Below, in pieces: positions 28,090-37,051 of a stretch of DNA of 64,000 bases; positions within the stretch are counted from its first letter, which is position 1; each line of letters opens with the position of its first letter. The stretch lies in contig JAHEIH010000006.1 in NCBI GenBank assembly GCA_024639455.1, positions 172,411 to 236,410 on the forward strand, given 5' to 3'. The stretch is from Cellvibrionales bacterium (lineage in GTDB: Bacteria > Pseudomonadota > Gammaproteobacteria > Pseudomonadales > JAHEIH01). The notes under the pieces are model-generated. The model saw only the letters and a list, made by a program, of their open reading frames with translations. It was not told where the DNA came from and searched no databases. A program made the translations under genes and the position numbers.

Positions 28090-30310
28090 CAGCCGCCCAA
28101 CGCAATCTATTGGCGTTGCTAGCCACTGTCACCGAAGAAAGCGCCATGGCGGCGCCGGCAATCATCGGATTCAACAATTCGCCGGTGACGGGATAGAGGG
28201 CGCCGGCGGCGATGGGAATGCTAACCACGTTGTAGGCGAATGCCCAAAAAAGATTCTGCTTGATGTTGCGCAGAGTAGCGAGACTGACTGCCACCGCATC
28301 CGCGACACCGCTAATACTGTTTCGCATCAGCGCTACATCAGCGCTAGAAACCGCCACATCAGTCCCTGAACCCATAGCAAAACTCACATCCGCTAATGCC
28401 AAGGCGGGGGCGTCGTTGATGCCATCACCCGCCATCGCGACACGCTTACCCATTTGCTGCAATGAGGCAACATAGGTCTGTTTATCTTCAGGCAATGAGC
28501 GCGCGTGGTATTGGCTGATGCCCAAAATGTTAGCTGTTTTGGCGACACTGGTCTCGCTATCACCGCTCACGATGACGCATTCAATACCGCGCGCCTGTAA
28601 TTGTGCTATGGCATGTACCGAATCCTCGCGCAATGGATCAGAAAAGAAAAAACGCGCCGCGTATTGGTTATCTAGGGCCACATACACCACGCTGAAGCCG
28701 TCGTCGTTGGTATGTGCTGGCACGGTAATGCCACGTGCTGCCATGTAGCGCTCGCTACCAATGGCGACATCGATATGATCAACTCTGCCGGTGATTCCCA
28801 GTCCGCGTGCGATATCAATGTTTTCGACATTTGTGGTAGCCGCACCGCGCTCTTTACAATAGGCCTCCAGCGCTGCCGCCAACGCGTGTTCTGAGTACGA
28901 TTCAAGTGACCGGGTCAGTGTGTAGAGTTGGTGTCTGTCGACATGATCATCAATCTCTTCATGGCTTACCACAGGCTTGCCAATGGTGAGGGTGCCTGTT
29001 TTGTCGATGACTAATACGTCGATGTTAGCGGCACCCTGCAGCGCATCGCCGTTGCGTATCAAAATACCCATTTGAGCCGCGCGACCAACGCCGACCATCA
29101 CCGACATGGGTGTGGCTAACCCCAGTGCGCAGGGGCAGGCAATAATGAGCACGCTAACGCCAACCACTAATGCATAAGCGCCTTGTGGCGCTGGACCAAG
29201 CCACCACCAAGTACTGGCGGCTATTCCGGCAATAACGATAATAGCAGGCACAAAAACCGCAGAGATGCGATCCGCTAATTGACCAATAGGTGGTTTAGCA
29301 CCCTGGGCCTGTTGCACCGAGCGAATGATATTGGCGAGGGTAGAATCATTGCTGCGAGAGGAAACCACCATACTAAACGTACTCGCGCCATTAACACAGC
29401 CGGCATAAACCTTATCGCCCACCTGCTTGTCGACGGGAATGGGCTCACCGCTCAGCATAGATTCATCAATAACCCCGTGGCCATCATCGATTTCGCCATC
29501 GAGTGGAAGTGTTTCACCCGGCTTGATACGGACACGTTTGCCAACGCCGATGGCATCGACAGGACAACGCTTTTCTCCGTCGTCAGAAATGAGCCAGGCT
29601 TGCTGAACTTGCCGTTCCAGAAGGGCGCGGAGAGCTGCGCCAGTCTTATGACGAGCATTGTGTTCAAGTAGTCGACCCAGGTTAACAAAACCTAGAATCA
29701 TAGTGCTAGCTTCAAAATAGACATGCCTCGCAGTTACCGGCAAGGACGTGTAAAACACCACGACCGCCAATGAATAAAGCCAGGCTGCCCCTGTGCCGAG
29801 CGCGACGAGTGTGTCCATGCTAGGGGCCAGATGTCGCGCGCTGCGCCACCCAGTGGCAAAGATGGCGCGACCAGAAAACGCCATGGCCATGGCAGCGGCG
29901 ACACCGACTAAGCCCCATGCCATTTGCTGATGGGAATTTGATACCATCATGCTACCACCGGCTAATCCCCAGCCCATCATTACCATGCCTGGCAATAGTG
30001 CGGCAGCAGTTCGCCATTGTAACTGGCGCTTTTCATGCTGGGCAAGGCGTTCGTTTTCCGCTTCGATGTCTTGCAGGGAGCTACCGGTTTGCTCTGTTGC
30101 GCCGTATCCAATGCTCTCTACGGCCGCAATAATTGCCTCGCCACTAAGGTTGCTTGCCACACAAAGGCTGCGGTCAGCAAAGTTTAAGCTGGCGCTGTCG
30201 ACCCCTTCGAGCTTGGCTAGGCCGTTTTCAATTTTACGAACACAACCGGCGCAACTAGCACCGGTAACAGCGAATCGGCGAATAATTTGTTTATCAGATG
30301 GGGTTGGCAT
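28079..30310 (-). CDS. copA: copper-translocating P1B-type ATPase
   Basis: 743 aa with an N-terminal HMA domain (GASCAGCVRKIE), transmembrane CPC (IIACPCALGLATP), phosphorylation site DKTGTLT, and GDGINDAP. Confidence 0.9.
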   Translation of the reverse strand: MPTPSDKQIIRRFAVTGASCAGCVRKIENGLAKLEGVDSASLNFADRSLCVASNLSGEAIIAAVESIGYGATEQTGSSLQDIEAENERLAQHEKRQLQWRTAAALLPGMVMMGWGLAGGSMMVSNSHQQMAWGLVGVAAAMAMAFSGRAIFATGWRSARHLAPSMDTLVALGTGAAWLYSLAVVVFYTSLPVTARHVYFEASTMILGFVNLGRLLEHNARHKTGAALRALLERQVQQAWLISDDGEKRCPVDAIGVGKRVRIKPGETLPLDGEIDDGHGVIDESMLSGEPIPVDKQVGDKVYAGCVNGASTFSMVVSSRSNDSTLANIIRSVQQAQGAKPPIGQLADRISAVFVPAIIVIAGIAASTWWWLGPAPQGAYALVVGVSVLIIACPCALGLATPMSVMVGVGRAAQMGILIRNGDALQGAANIDVLVIDKTGTLTIGKPVVSHEEIDDHVDRHQLYTLTRSLESYSEHALAAALEAYCKERGAATTNVENIDIARGLGITGRVDHIDVAIGSERYMAARGITVPAHTNDDGFSVVYVALDNQYAARFFFSDPLREDSVHAIAQLQARGIECVIVSGDSETSVAKTANILGISQYHARSLPEDKQTYVASLQQMGKRVAMAGDGINDAPALALADVSFAMGSGTDVAVSSADVALMRNSISGVADAVAVSLATLRNIKQNLFWAFAYNVVSIPIAAGALYPVTGELLNPMIAGAAMALSSVTVASNANRLRWAAVKI

Positions 30311-30368
30311 AACGAGTCCTTAAGCTTATACACACTATAAACCAAGGCTTTCATTTATGGCTAGCAGA

Positions 30369-30395
30369 CAAAAAAATGGCGACCTAGGTCGCCAT
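30369..30395 (-). terminator. rho-independent terminator downstream of the universal stress protein gene
   Basis: On the minus strand this reads ATGGCGACC-TA-GGTCGCCAT followed by TTTTTTT. It begins 4 nt after the stop. Confidence 0.65.
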
Positions 30396-30398
30396 GAG

Positions 30399-31244
30399 TT
30401 ATTTGATGATTAACAGTGGAATTTCGCTGGATGAGATCATCCTTGTTGTATTGCTACCGACAAAAAACGCCCGCACCGCAGAGTGACCATAGGCACCCAT
30501 CACAAGTAACTCGATATCGTTATCCTTTTTGTAGGTCTTCAGGACATTAAAGATATTACCCGGGATGAGCTCAGCGGTTACCTCGAAGCCAAATTTTTGC
30601 ATAAATTGGCTAGCATCAGCCAGTTTAGCTTGGTTGCTGATATTATCCTCACCGACAGTCACAATATGGCAGGGTAGGCCCTGCAGCAATGGGCTTTCCG
30701 CAATGCGTTTAAGTGCTTTAACACTGGTATCTCTACCATCGTAGGCCAGCATAAAGTTACGCGGAGCTGAGAATTCGCCAACCGTCAAAAGGATAGGTTC
30801 ACTACGAACCCGCGCGGCACGTTCGGCGTGCGAGCCTAAGTGGTTTGAAATGCTGCCGCTGTTGCCGTTACGCCCCATCACAATAAGTCGAATGTCTGCG
30901 CTTTTCTCTTCTAGTGCATCCAATACATCGCCGTGGCGTTGTAAGGTGTCTACGAATTTGGCGCCATCATCCTTGGCGCGTTGCTTCGCGGCTGCTAATA
31001 TCGCTTTGCCGTGTTCTACCGCTAGCTTATTGCGTTTGGCATCGAGCTCTGCTAATTCAGTTAGCAAAGCATCGTGCGCATCGACACCAATGGTGCCCGA
31101 TAGGTCGCTCTCACTCAGATCGGGTTTTTCGACCGTGTGCAGCAGCATCAAAGGGGTATCGAGTGTGTTGGCAGCCCAGGCGGCGGCATCGCATACCGCG
31201 TCGCTGATGCTGGAACCATCGATGCAGGCAATCACTTTTTGCAT
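30399..31244 (-). CDS. universal stress protein with tandem UspA domains
   Basis: 281 aa from ATG 31242-31244 (MQKVIACIDGS). There are two Usp repeats, each ending in a (V/L)MG..G motif (LIVMGRNGNSG; LLVMGAYGHSAVRAFFVGS). The AAGGAA Shine-Dalgarno overlaps the sulP stop region. Confidence 0.8.
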   Translation of the reverse strand: MQKVIACIDGSSISDAVCDAAAWAANTLDTPLMLLHTVEKPDLSESDLSGTIGVDAHDALLTELAELDAKRNKLAVEHGKAILAAAKQRAKDDGAKFVDTLQRHGDVLDALEEKSADIRLIVMGRNGNSGSISNHLGSHAERAARVRSEPILLTVGEFSAPRNFMLAYDGRDTSVKALKRIAESPLLQGLPCHIVTVGEDNISNQAKLADASQFMQKFGFEVTAELIPGNIFNVLKTYKKDNDIELLVMGAYGHSAVRAFFVGSNTTRMISSSEIPLLIIK

Positions 31245-31254
31245 AGTAGATTCC

Positions 31255-32745
31255 TTAGTGTCCACCGAGAAGTTTGGCGACTTCTTCTGGATTATTGTGA
31301 ACGCCGAATTTATCGACAACGGTTGAGGAGGCTTTATTCATTCCGACAACATTAACCTCACAGCCCTCTCGGCGGAAGCGAATGATGACTTTGTCTAATG
31401 CAGCTACCGAGGTCAAGTCCCAAAAATGGGCTTGGCTGACATCAATGGTGACCTTTTCAAGAACCTCTTTGAAATCAAAGGCGGCAAGGAACTGTTCTGA
31501 TGAGGCAAAGAAAACCTGGCCTATGACCTTGTAAGTACGGTGTTGGCTAGCGTCTTCGATGTGGCTGTTAACCGCCATAAAGCGTCCAATTTTATTGGCA
31601 AAGAACAGCGCCGCCAAAAGGACACCCACAAATACACCTATGGCAAGGTTGTGTGTCATTACTACCACAGTGACGGTACTTAGCATCACAATATTGGACG
31701 AAATAGGGTGCTCTTTTAAATGGCGAATAGACGCCCAAGAGAAGGTACCAATCGAGACCATGATCATCACTGCGACCAACGCCGCCATTGGAATGCGCCC
31801 AATCCATTCATCCAGAAACACCACCATTACGAGCAATAATACACCGGCAAACAGTGTCGACAGGCGGCCGCGACCACCCGATTTCACGTTGATCACCGAC
31901 TGTCCAATCATGGCGCAACCCGCCATACCACCAAGCAAGCCTGATGCGATATTGGCGATACCTTGCCCACGGCACTCGCGGTCGCGGTTGCTGCTAGTGT
32001 CGGTCAGATCGTCGACGATAGAGGCCGTCATCATGGTCTCGAGCAAGCCGACCAACGCCAATCCAATCGAGTAGGGCGCAATAATTTGTAAGGTTTCAAA
32101 ATTCAACGGCACGTCAGGCCATAGAAAAATGGGCAGGGTGTCTGGCAGTTCACCCATGTCGGATACGGTGCGAATATCGATATCAAAGCCAATCGCGATG
32201 CCGGTCATTGTTAAAATGCACACCAACGGCGAGGGCAATGATTTGCCTACCAGTGGAACGTATGGGAACAAATAGATAATACCGAGTCCGGCGGCAGTCA
32301 TGGCGTACACGTGCCATGTCACGTTAGTCAGCTCAGGCAGCTGCGCCATAAAGATGAGAATTGCGAGGGCGTTGACAAAGCCTGTCATGACGGAGCGAGA
32401 GACAAAGCGCATCAAACTTCCGAGCCGAATATAGCCCGCAAATATTTGTAATACACCAGTGAGCAGGGTTGCCGCCAACAGGTATTGCAGGCCGTAATCC
32501 TTTACCAGGGTCACCATCAGTAACGCCATGGCACCTGTGGCAGCTGAAATCATTCCCGGGCGACCACCGGCGAAGGCAATAACCACCGCAATACAGAAGG
32601 AGGCGTACAGCCCTACCTTTGGGTCGACACCGGCGATGATCGAAAAAGCAATCGCTTCAGGAATAAGGGCAAGGGCAACAACTGTGCCCGCCAGTAAATC
32701 GCCGCGAATATTAAAAAACCACTCGCGCTTGATGTGTTCTATCAT
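31255..32745 (-). CDS. SulP family inorganic anion transporter with a C-terminal STAS domain
   Basis: 496 aa with the SulP N-terminal motif [25 protein letters not shown], a polytopic core, and a soluble C-terminal STAS-like domain of about 110 aa. Confidence 0.88.
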   Translation of the reverse strand: MIEHIKREWFFNIRGDLLAGTVVALALIPEAIAFSIIAGVDPKVGLYASFCIAVVIAFAGGRPGMISAATGAMALLMVTLVKDYGLQYLLAATLLTGVLQIFAGYIRLGSLMRFVSRSVMTGFVNALAILIFMAQLPELTNVTWHVYAMTAAGLGIIYLFPYVPLVGKSLPSPLVCILTMTGIAIGFDIDIRTVSDMGELPDTLPIFLWPDVPLNFETLQIIAPYSIGLALVGLLETMMTASIVDDLTDTSSNRDRECRGQGIANIASGLLGGMAGCAMIGQSVINVKSGGRGRLSTLFAGVLLLVMVVFLDEWIGRIPMAALVAVMIMVSIGTFSWASIRHLKEHPISSNIVMLSTVTVVVMTHNLAIGVFVGVLLAALFFANKIGRFMAVNSHIEDASQHRTYKVIGQVFFASSEQFLAAFDFKEVLEKVTIDVSQAHFWDLTSVAALDKVIIRFRREGCEVNVVGMNKASSTVVDKFGVHNNPEEVAKLLGGH

Positions 32746-32803
32746 TACAGTGTCTTACCGATTAAAAAACCGCGCATTCTACCGATATGTATGGTCGTTC
32801 GCA

Positions 32804-34060
32804 ATGAAACCTCTGGAGCTCCCTTTGATTAGTCGCGCGCCACAAATTTTTGAAAAGCAGCGTAATCTCTTTCTATTCGCGGCAGTATTGGGTCTATGGG
32901 GGGCAGTTGTTACTGTGCTTCCAACCATTGATGAGCTCGTTTATGTGCGCGTTGCAATGGCTAGCTTAATGACGATATTGTTGTTGCTTCGCAACAAAAT
33001 TCCATTTATCCCGCTATTCATCAGTTTTTACTTAGCCTTACTTGTAAGCGGCTACATGACAGGCATCATCAGTGGCAACGAGTATCGAAGCTTAGTGATA
33101 TTAAGTGTTAGCGTTGTCATGTGTGGCTTTATGCTTCCAGAAAAGGCGATGCTGCTAGTATTACTTGGGGGCGGCCTCACCCAAGCGGCCATTGGTTGGG
33201 ATATCTACCAGTCTGGTACAAGCGCCTTTCGAGTTGGTCTCATAGGAACTTTCGTCAGTGCGGTATCGGTATGGCCCGTGCTTGCAATGAGGAGAACCCT
33301 AAGCCAGCAACTTAATTCAGCGTTAATGCAGGCCGGCGAGATCCGCATGCTTGAAAGCAGCAATGACAAGCATCGTTCACTAAATGAGCGGCAAAATGAG
33401 AACTTTAGGGAGTTTATCTACGCTATCAGCCACGATCTACGCGCGCCTATTAGAGCGATCTCAGGCTTTGTAAAGATGCTTGCGACCGATAGCGACAAGA
33501 AACTTGCCCCCCAAGAGCATATGTACCTAGAGCGAATTGAGGCTGCTTCAGGGCGTCTTAATGGTATGGTAGAACGGCTGACTCAGCTTAGCCGATTGCA
33601 AACCAATACCCGAGACCTGGTCGCAATCAATTTGTCGAAACTACTTGGTGAAATGGGCGATGTATACCGTAAACGCTATTCTGAAGACATCGAGTTTCGA
33701 ATCGACCAAGATATGGCGTTACATGGCGATCTCGACGAAGTGAGCCTCATGTTTAATGAATTAATCGACAATGCCTGCAAAAATCTCCAACCCATACAGC
33801 GCGGTAAGATTCACTTAGGCGTCACATTGCATAACAAAGAAAGGGTCTTTTTTGTCGAGGATAACGGTATCGGTGTCGTTAGTGCTCACGACTTAGAAGA
33901 GATGACTAAGTTGTTTAGAACCATTCACGCCGGCGAAAAAAGTAATGGCGTTGGTCTATCCATTGCCAGCTTTGTAGTAGAAAAAATGGGCGGACTGCTT
34001 AAAGTTTCATCCCCTGGCGAAAACCAGGGGACACGAATTGACATAATCCTGCCTAATTGA
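32804..34060 (+). CDS. membrane-embedded sensor histidine kinase; no response regulator nearby
   Basis: 418 aa from ATG 32804, with about 6 N-terminal helices, a HisKA H-box [16 protein letters not shown], an N-box ELIDNACKN and G-boxes EDNGIGV / GVGLSI. The ORF-track start 32528 is antisense to sulP and was discarded. Confidence 0.8.
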   Translation: MKPLELPLISRAPQIFEKQRNLFLFAAVLGLWGAVVTVLPTIDELVYVRVAMASLMTILLLLRNKIPFIPLFISFYLALLVSGYMTGIISGNEYRSLVILSVSVVMCGFMLPEKAMLLVLLGGGLTQAAIGWDIYQSGTSAFRVGLIGTFVSAVSVWPVLAMRRTLSQQLNSALMQAGEIRMLESSNDKHRSLNERQNENFREFIYAISHDLRAPIRAISGFVKMLATDSDKKLAPQEHMYLERIEAASGRLNGMVERLTQLSRLQTNTRDLVAINLSKLLGEMGDVYRKRYSEDIEFRIDQDMALHGDLDEVSLMFNELIDNACKNLQPIQRGKIHLGVTLHNKERVFFVEDNGIGVVSAHDLEEMTKLFRTIHAGEKSNGVGLSIASFVVEKMGGLLKVSSPGENQGTRIDIILPN

Positions 34061-34063
34061 TCG

Positions 34064-34255
34064 CTAGGGTTTTTTGTGGCTCGAGAACCCCATTAGGCGA
34101 TAGGCGGGGCAGTAGCTGACACCTGCAGTGAAAAGCGGTACAAGCCCAAGCGCGCCCCACCATGATTGGTAATACACGCCTACCGCAACAATAAGCCCGC
34201 CAAACACAAATCGAGCAACTTTATCTGAACCACCGACGTTTGATTGCATAATCAT
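34064..34255 (-). CDS. DUF2892 (YgaP-like) small membrane protein
   Basis: 63 aa with NVGGSDKVARFVFG followed by two helices and the C-terminal SYCPAYRLMG, which is the typical DUF2892 pattern. Confidence 0.7.
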   Translation of the reverse strand: MIMQSNVGGSDKVARFVFGGLIVAVGVYYQSWWGALGLVPLFTAGVSYCPAYRLMGFSSHKKP

Positions 34256-34346
34256 GCTCCATAACTCATTTATAGAGAGTATAGATCAGCAAAGGTAAGG
34301 CTTGGAAGGGGAGAGCGATCGCTTACGCCACGCTGTTGAGCTTTAA

Positions 34347-34499
34347 CTAGCGACGCTTCAGTTTTGGCAAGGCATCATTGGTGAGGATCAGCCATTCTTG
34401 TAGATGGGCGTTCTCAGCCTTTTTTATCGCACACTCGCGACAAAACTTTTGCCAATAAAGCTTACCTTGTATAACGTTTTGGCATTGTGAACATTGCAT
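34347..34499 (-). CDS. putative 50-aa zinc-ribbon-like protein (below the ORF-track cutoff)
   Basis: My own translation is MQCSQCQNVIQGKLYWQKFCRECAIKKAENAHLQEWLILTNDALPKLKRR, with two CxxC pairs 14 residues apart. A GGGAGG Shine-Dalgarno sits about 8 nt upstream of the ATG (34497-34499) and the stop is TAG. Confidence 0.4.
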   Translation of the reverse strand: MQCSQCQNVIQGKLYWQKFCRECAIKKAENAHLQEWLILTNDALPKLKRR

Positions 34500-34595
34500 C
34501 GATGCCACCTCCCTCTTGTGAGGGTAATGTCGGCGGGGCTGTTTATAGCTTTAATTGAATGACGTAAAAAAAAAGACATGTAATGGAGTTTTCAG

Positions 34596-35264
34596 ATGCC
34601 GGATATTCGTGATGATTTTCAACAGCGCGAGGTCGTGAAACTTGCTGAATACCAATGGGTAAGCTCTCCTATGCCAGGCGTTGAGCGAATGATGTTGGAT
34701 CGTCGCGGTAACGAAATAGCACGTGCAACCTCACTCGTTCGCTATGCACCCAATAGTCAATTTTCCCCCCATAGCCATGGCGGCGGTGAGGAGATTCTGG
34801 TGTTAGAAGGCGTGTTCGCTGATGAAAATGGCACCTATTCGGAAGGCACCTACCTAAGAAATCCTATAGGAACGTCTCACACGCCGATCATTGGTGATGA
34901 AGGCGCGCTAATTTTTGTTAAATTGCACCAGTTTTCTCCCGACGATTCAGCTCAGTTGTGTATCAATACCCATGAGCAAGCGTGGCTGCCTGGTTTAATG
35001 GTTGGACTTTCAGTGATGCCTTTGCACGAATTTGGCACGGAGCATGTGGCGTTGGTTAAGTGGGCACCGAATACACAGTTTCAACGGCACACGCATTGGG
35101 GCGGCGAGGAGATTTTGGTGTTGGAGGGCGTATTCTATGATGAGCACGGGGTTTACCCCGCAGGGACTTGGCTGCGCTCGCCACATATGAGCGAGCACCA
35201 GCCATTTACTAAGGAGGAGGGCGCCCTAATATATGTCAAAGTTGGGCATCTTTCAGGCCTCTAA
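34596..35264 (+). CDS. tandem cupin protein (two ChrR-type cupin domains, no anti-sigma N-domain)
   Basis: 222 aa with two homologous halves containing HSHGGGEEILVLEGVF and HTHWGGEEILVLEGVF plus EGALIFVK / EGALIYVK. Confidence 0.7.
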   Translation: MPDIRDDFQQREVVKLAEYQWVSSPMPGVERMMLDRRGNEIARATSLVRYAPNSQFSPHSHGGGEEILVLEGVFADENGTYSEGTYLRNPIGTSHTPIIGDEGALIFVKLHQFSPDDSAQLCINTHEQAWLPGLMVGLSVMPLHEFGTEHVALVKWAPNTQFQRHTHWGGEEILVLEGVFYDEHGVYPAGTWLRSPHMSEHQPFTKEEGALIYVKVGHLSGL

Positions 35265-35296
35265 AAATACTTTAAAAAATCTCTCAAGCATTTGTT

Positions 35297-36316
35297 TTAA
35301 TTGAAATCATCTTCCTTGAGATTAAAGAATCGTACGGCGTTATTAAATAAAATATCGCGCTTTTGCTGCTCGCTGAGATAGTCGGCGTTTTTAATCACAT
35401 TGATCGATGTTTCCATCAGTCCAGGCCATAGCAGCAGGTCGGTACCGTATAGGATTCGTTTGGCAAAACCCGCTGTGGCTAGGCGTTCAATGTAGCGGTT
35501 GACCTCGGCCAATGGGTAGCTCCAAATCATGCCTGCCACATCCACGTAGACATAGGCGTGTGCGCCCATCAACGCGATCATAGCGTCTGCCATTGGGTAG
35601 CCCGCATGCATAACCCAGATTTTTAGTTTCGGATGACGTGCCAACAACTCTTCCAGCTCAAAGGGATGGCCTAGCGAGGCGCGGTAGTTAGGTTGGGTAA
35701 TATTGGCCATGCCATTGCCGCCCGTACCCATATGGATGGCGACGGGAATTTTTAGCTCCTCGGCCACTCCAAAATAGGGATCTAGCGACATGTCCGAGGG
35801 CGACATGCCACGATATTGTGGTGCCACTTCGCCAACCACTTTATAGTAGCCGCTTTCCAGCTTATCCCTAAAATCCTCCAGCGAGATGTCTTCGGCGCTA
35901 CTAAACGACAGCGAAGGAATGACTCGTTTGGGATTGGCCTTCTTGAAACTACGCAGCACATCATCATCACCGCCGACCACCATGGTGACATTTAGTCGTT
36001 CTGCTTCCGCCAGGGCACTCTCTTGGTAGTCCTCGGTTGAAGAGGCAGGCTGTAAAGGATTATCACAGTCAGTGTTAAAAAAGGCCGGTGGCTCCATGTG
36101 AGGGTCACCGCCGGGCATATCGGTTAAAAACCATGGGCACACAGGGCCTATACCAGGTCTAATTTTCATCGCGTGCACATGCACGTCAATAATGGGCTCT
36201 GGAGCAGCTGCCAGCGCAGGAAGGGCTGCGACGGCGATTAATATGGACGACAACAGGCTTGAAACAACAGCGCGACGTAACATGAAAATACTCTCGAAGA
36301 AAAGAAAACCCGACAT
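35297..36316 (-). CDS. secreted amidohydrolase-family (metal-dependent hydrolase) protein
   Basis: 339 aa. The signal-like segment is MLRRAVVSSLLSSILIAVAALPALAAAP, so the alternative start at 36283 is plausible. It has the HVHAM metal motif near the N-terminus, then IHMGTGG, VMHAGYP and ILYGTD. Confidence 0.7.
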   Translation of the reverse strand: MSGFLFFESIFMLRRAVVSSLLSSILIAVAALPALAAAPEPIIDVHVHAMKIRPGIGPVCPWFLTDMPGGDPHMEPPAFFNTDCDNPLQPASSTEDYQESALAEAERLNVTMVVGGDDDVLRSFKKANPKRVIPSLSFSSAEDISLEDFRDKLESGYYKVVGEVAPQYRGMSPSDMSLDPYFGVAEELKIPVAIHMGTGGNGMANITQPNYRASLGHPFELEELLARHPKLKIWVMHAGYPMADAMIALMGAHAYVYVDVAGMIWSYPLAEVNRYIERLATAGFAKRILYGTDLLLWPGLMETSINVIKNADYLSEQQKRDILFNNAVRFFNLKEDDFN

Positions 36317-36607
36317 TACGGTGGTATTCCTGAATGGGCAAGAGGGAAGAGGCTAATCTAAGAACACTCGTTAGTGTTGAATGATGGCAATGATGTAATA
36401 AGAATAGGGTGGATCAGTCGAAGAGCTTACGGATTTGGAAATTTTGAGAATTGTAGATTGAGAGTATTAGCTCAGAGTGGATGGGATAGTATTTAACAGG
36501 GCATTATGAATGCCTTCTCACGTTTATGGTGTAGAGTCCATCCGGGGCAATAAAGAGACCGGAGTAGTGATTCATTTAGAATATTTAATTTGGGGACTAA
36601 AGAAGAA

Positions 36608-36684
36608 TGGGGTGGACGATGGGATTCGAACCCACGACGACCGGAATCACAATCCGGGGCTCTACCAACTGAGCTACGCCCACC
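36608..36684 (-). tRNA. tRNA-His (anticodon GUG)
   Basis: The reverse complement is GGTGGGCGTAGCTCAGTTGGTAGAGCCCCGGATTGTGATTCCGGTCGTCGTGGGTTCGAATCCCATCGTCCACCCCA. It has the extra 5' G(-1) typical of tRNA-His and the anticodon loop TTGTGAT. Confidence 0.95.
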
Positions 36685-36699
36685 ATTACTCTGCAAAAT

Positions 36700-36776
<77 letters not shown>

Positions 36777-36801
36777 TCAGAAATCCTGGAGATCGATAGA
36801 G

Positions 36802-36878
36802 TGGTCGGGGTAGAGAGATTCGAACTCCCGACATCCTGCTCCCAAAGCAGGCGCGCTACCAGACTGCGCTATACCCCG
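36802..36878 (-). tRNA. tRNA-Pro (anticodon UGG)
   Basis: The reverse complement is CGGGGTATAGCGCAGTCTGGTAGCGCGCCTGCTTTGGGAGCAGGATGTCGGGAGTTCGAATCTCTCTACCCCGACCA, with anticodon loop TTTGGGA. Confidence 0.93.
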
Positions 36879-36928
36879 AAATACTACCAACTGCAGTAAA
36901 AGTGCTTCCTCAACGAGAAAGTGCGCGC

Positions 36929-36957
36929 ATAATACCGCCCGAGACAGAGTACGTCAA
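36929..36957 (-). promoter_or_regulatory. sigma70-type promoter of the tRNA Pro-Arg-His operon
   Basis: On the minus strand this reads TTGACG, a 17-nt spacer, then TATTAT, followed by the GC-rich discriminator GCGCGCAC. It lies about 50 nt upstream of tRNA-Pro. Confidence 0.55.
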
Positions 36958-37051
36958 CGCTGAATTCGCCTTTTTATGACATCTTCTTACCCCTGCCTTT
37001 TAATTGCTTAAATGCTATACAATAGGGTCACAAAATAGCCAAGGATGCGTG

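Noticed and set aside
30311-30368. A possible CueR/MerR-type operator (CCTT...AAGG dyad with a 19-bp-spaced promoter) upstream of copA.
   Set aside because: I found only a short CCTTAAG...CCAAGG pseudo-dyad. No convincing -35/-10 pair with 19-20 bp spacing and no good match to the remembered ACCTTCC-N7-GGAAGGT box. The evidence is not strong enough to call.
32528-32803. The N-terminal 92 codons of the 510-aa ORF-track version of the histidine kinase.
   Set aside because: This part is antisense to the 5' end of sulP. The first plausible start outside sulP is ATG 32804, which gives a protein beginning with a normal membrane domain.
36381-36398. A mini-ORF, ATG ATG GCA ATG ATG TAA (MMAMM), that looks like a Met-rich leader peptide.
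   Set aside because: There is no downstream gene on the + strand for it to regulate (only antisense tRNAs), no Shine-Dalgarno, and no attenuator-like alternative hairpins. It is most likely chance.
36465-36545. A possible seventh tRNA or tRNA pseudogene on the + strand (TTAGCTCAGAGTGG...).
   Set aside because: No cloverleaf can be drawn. The D-stem does not close, the candidate anticodon hairpin has a 3-nt loop, and there is no GGTTCGAATCC-type T-arm. I kept it only as a possible remnant in the findings.
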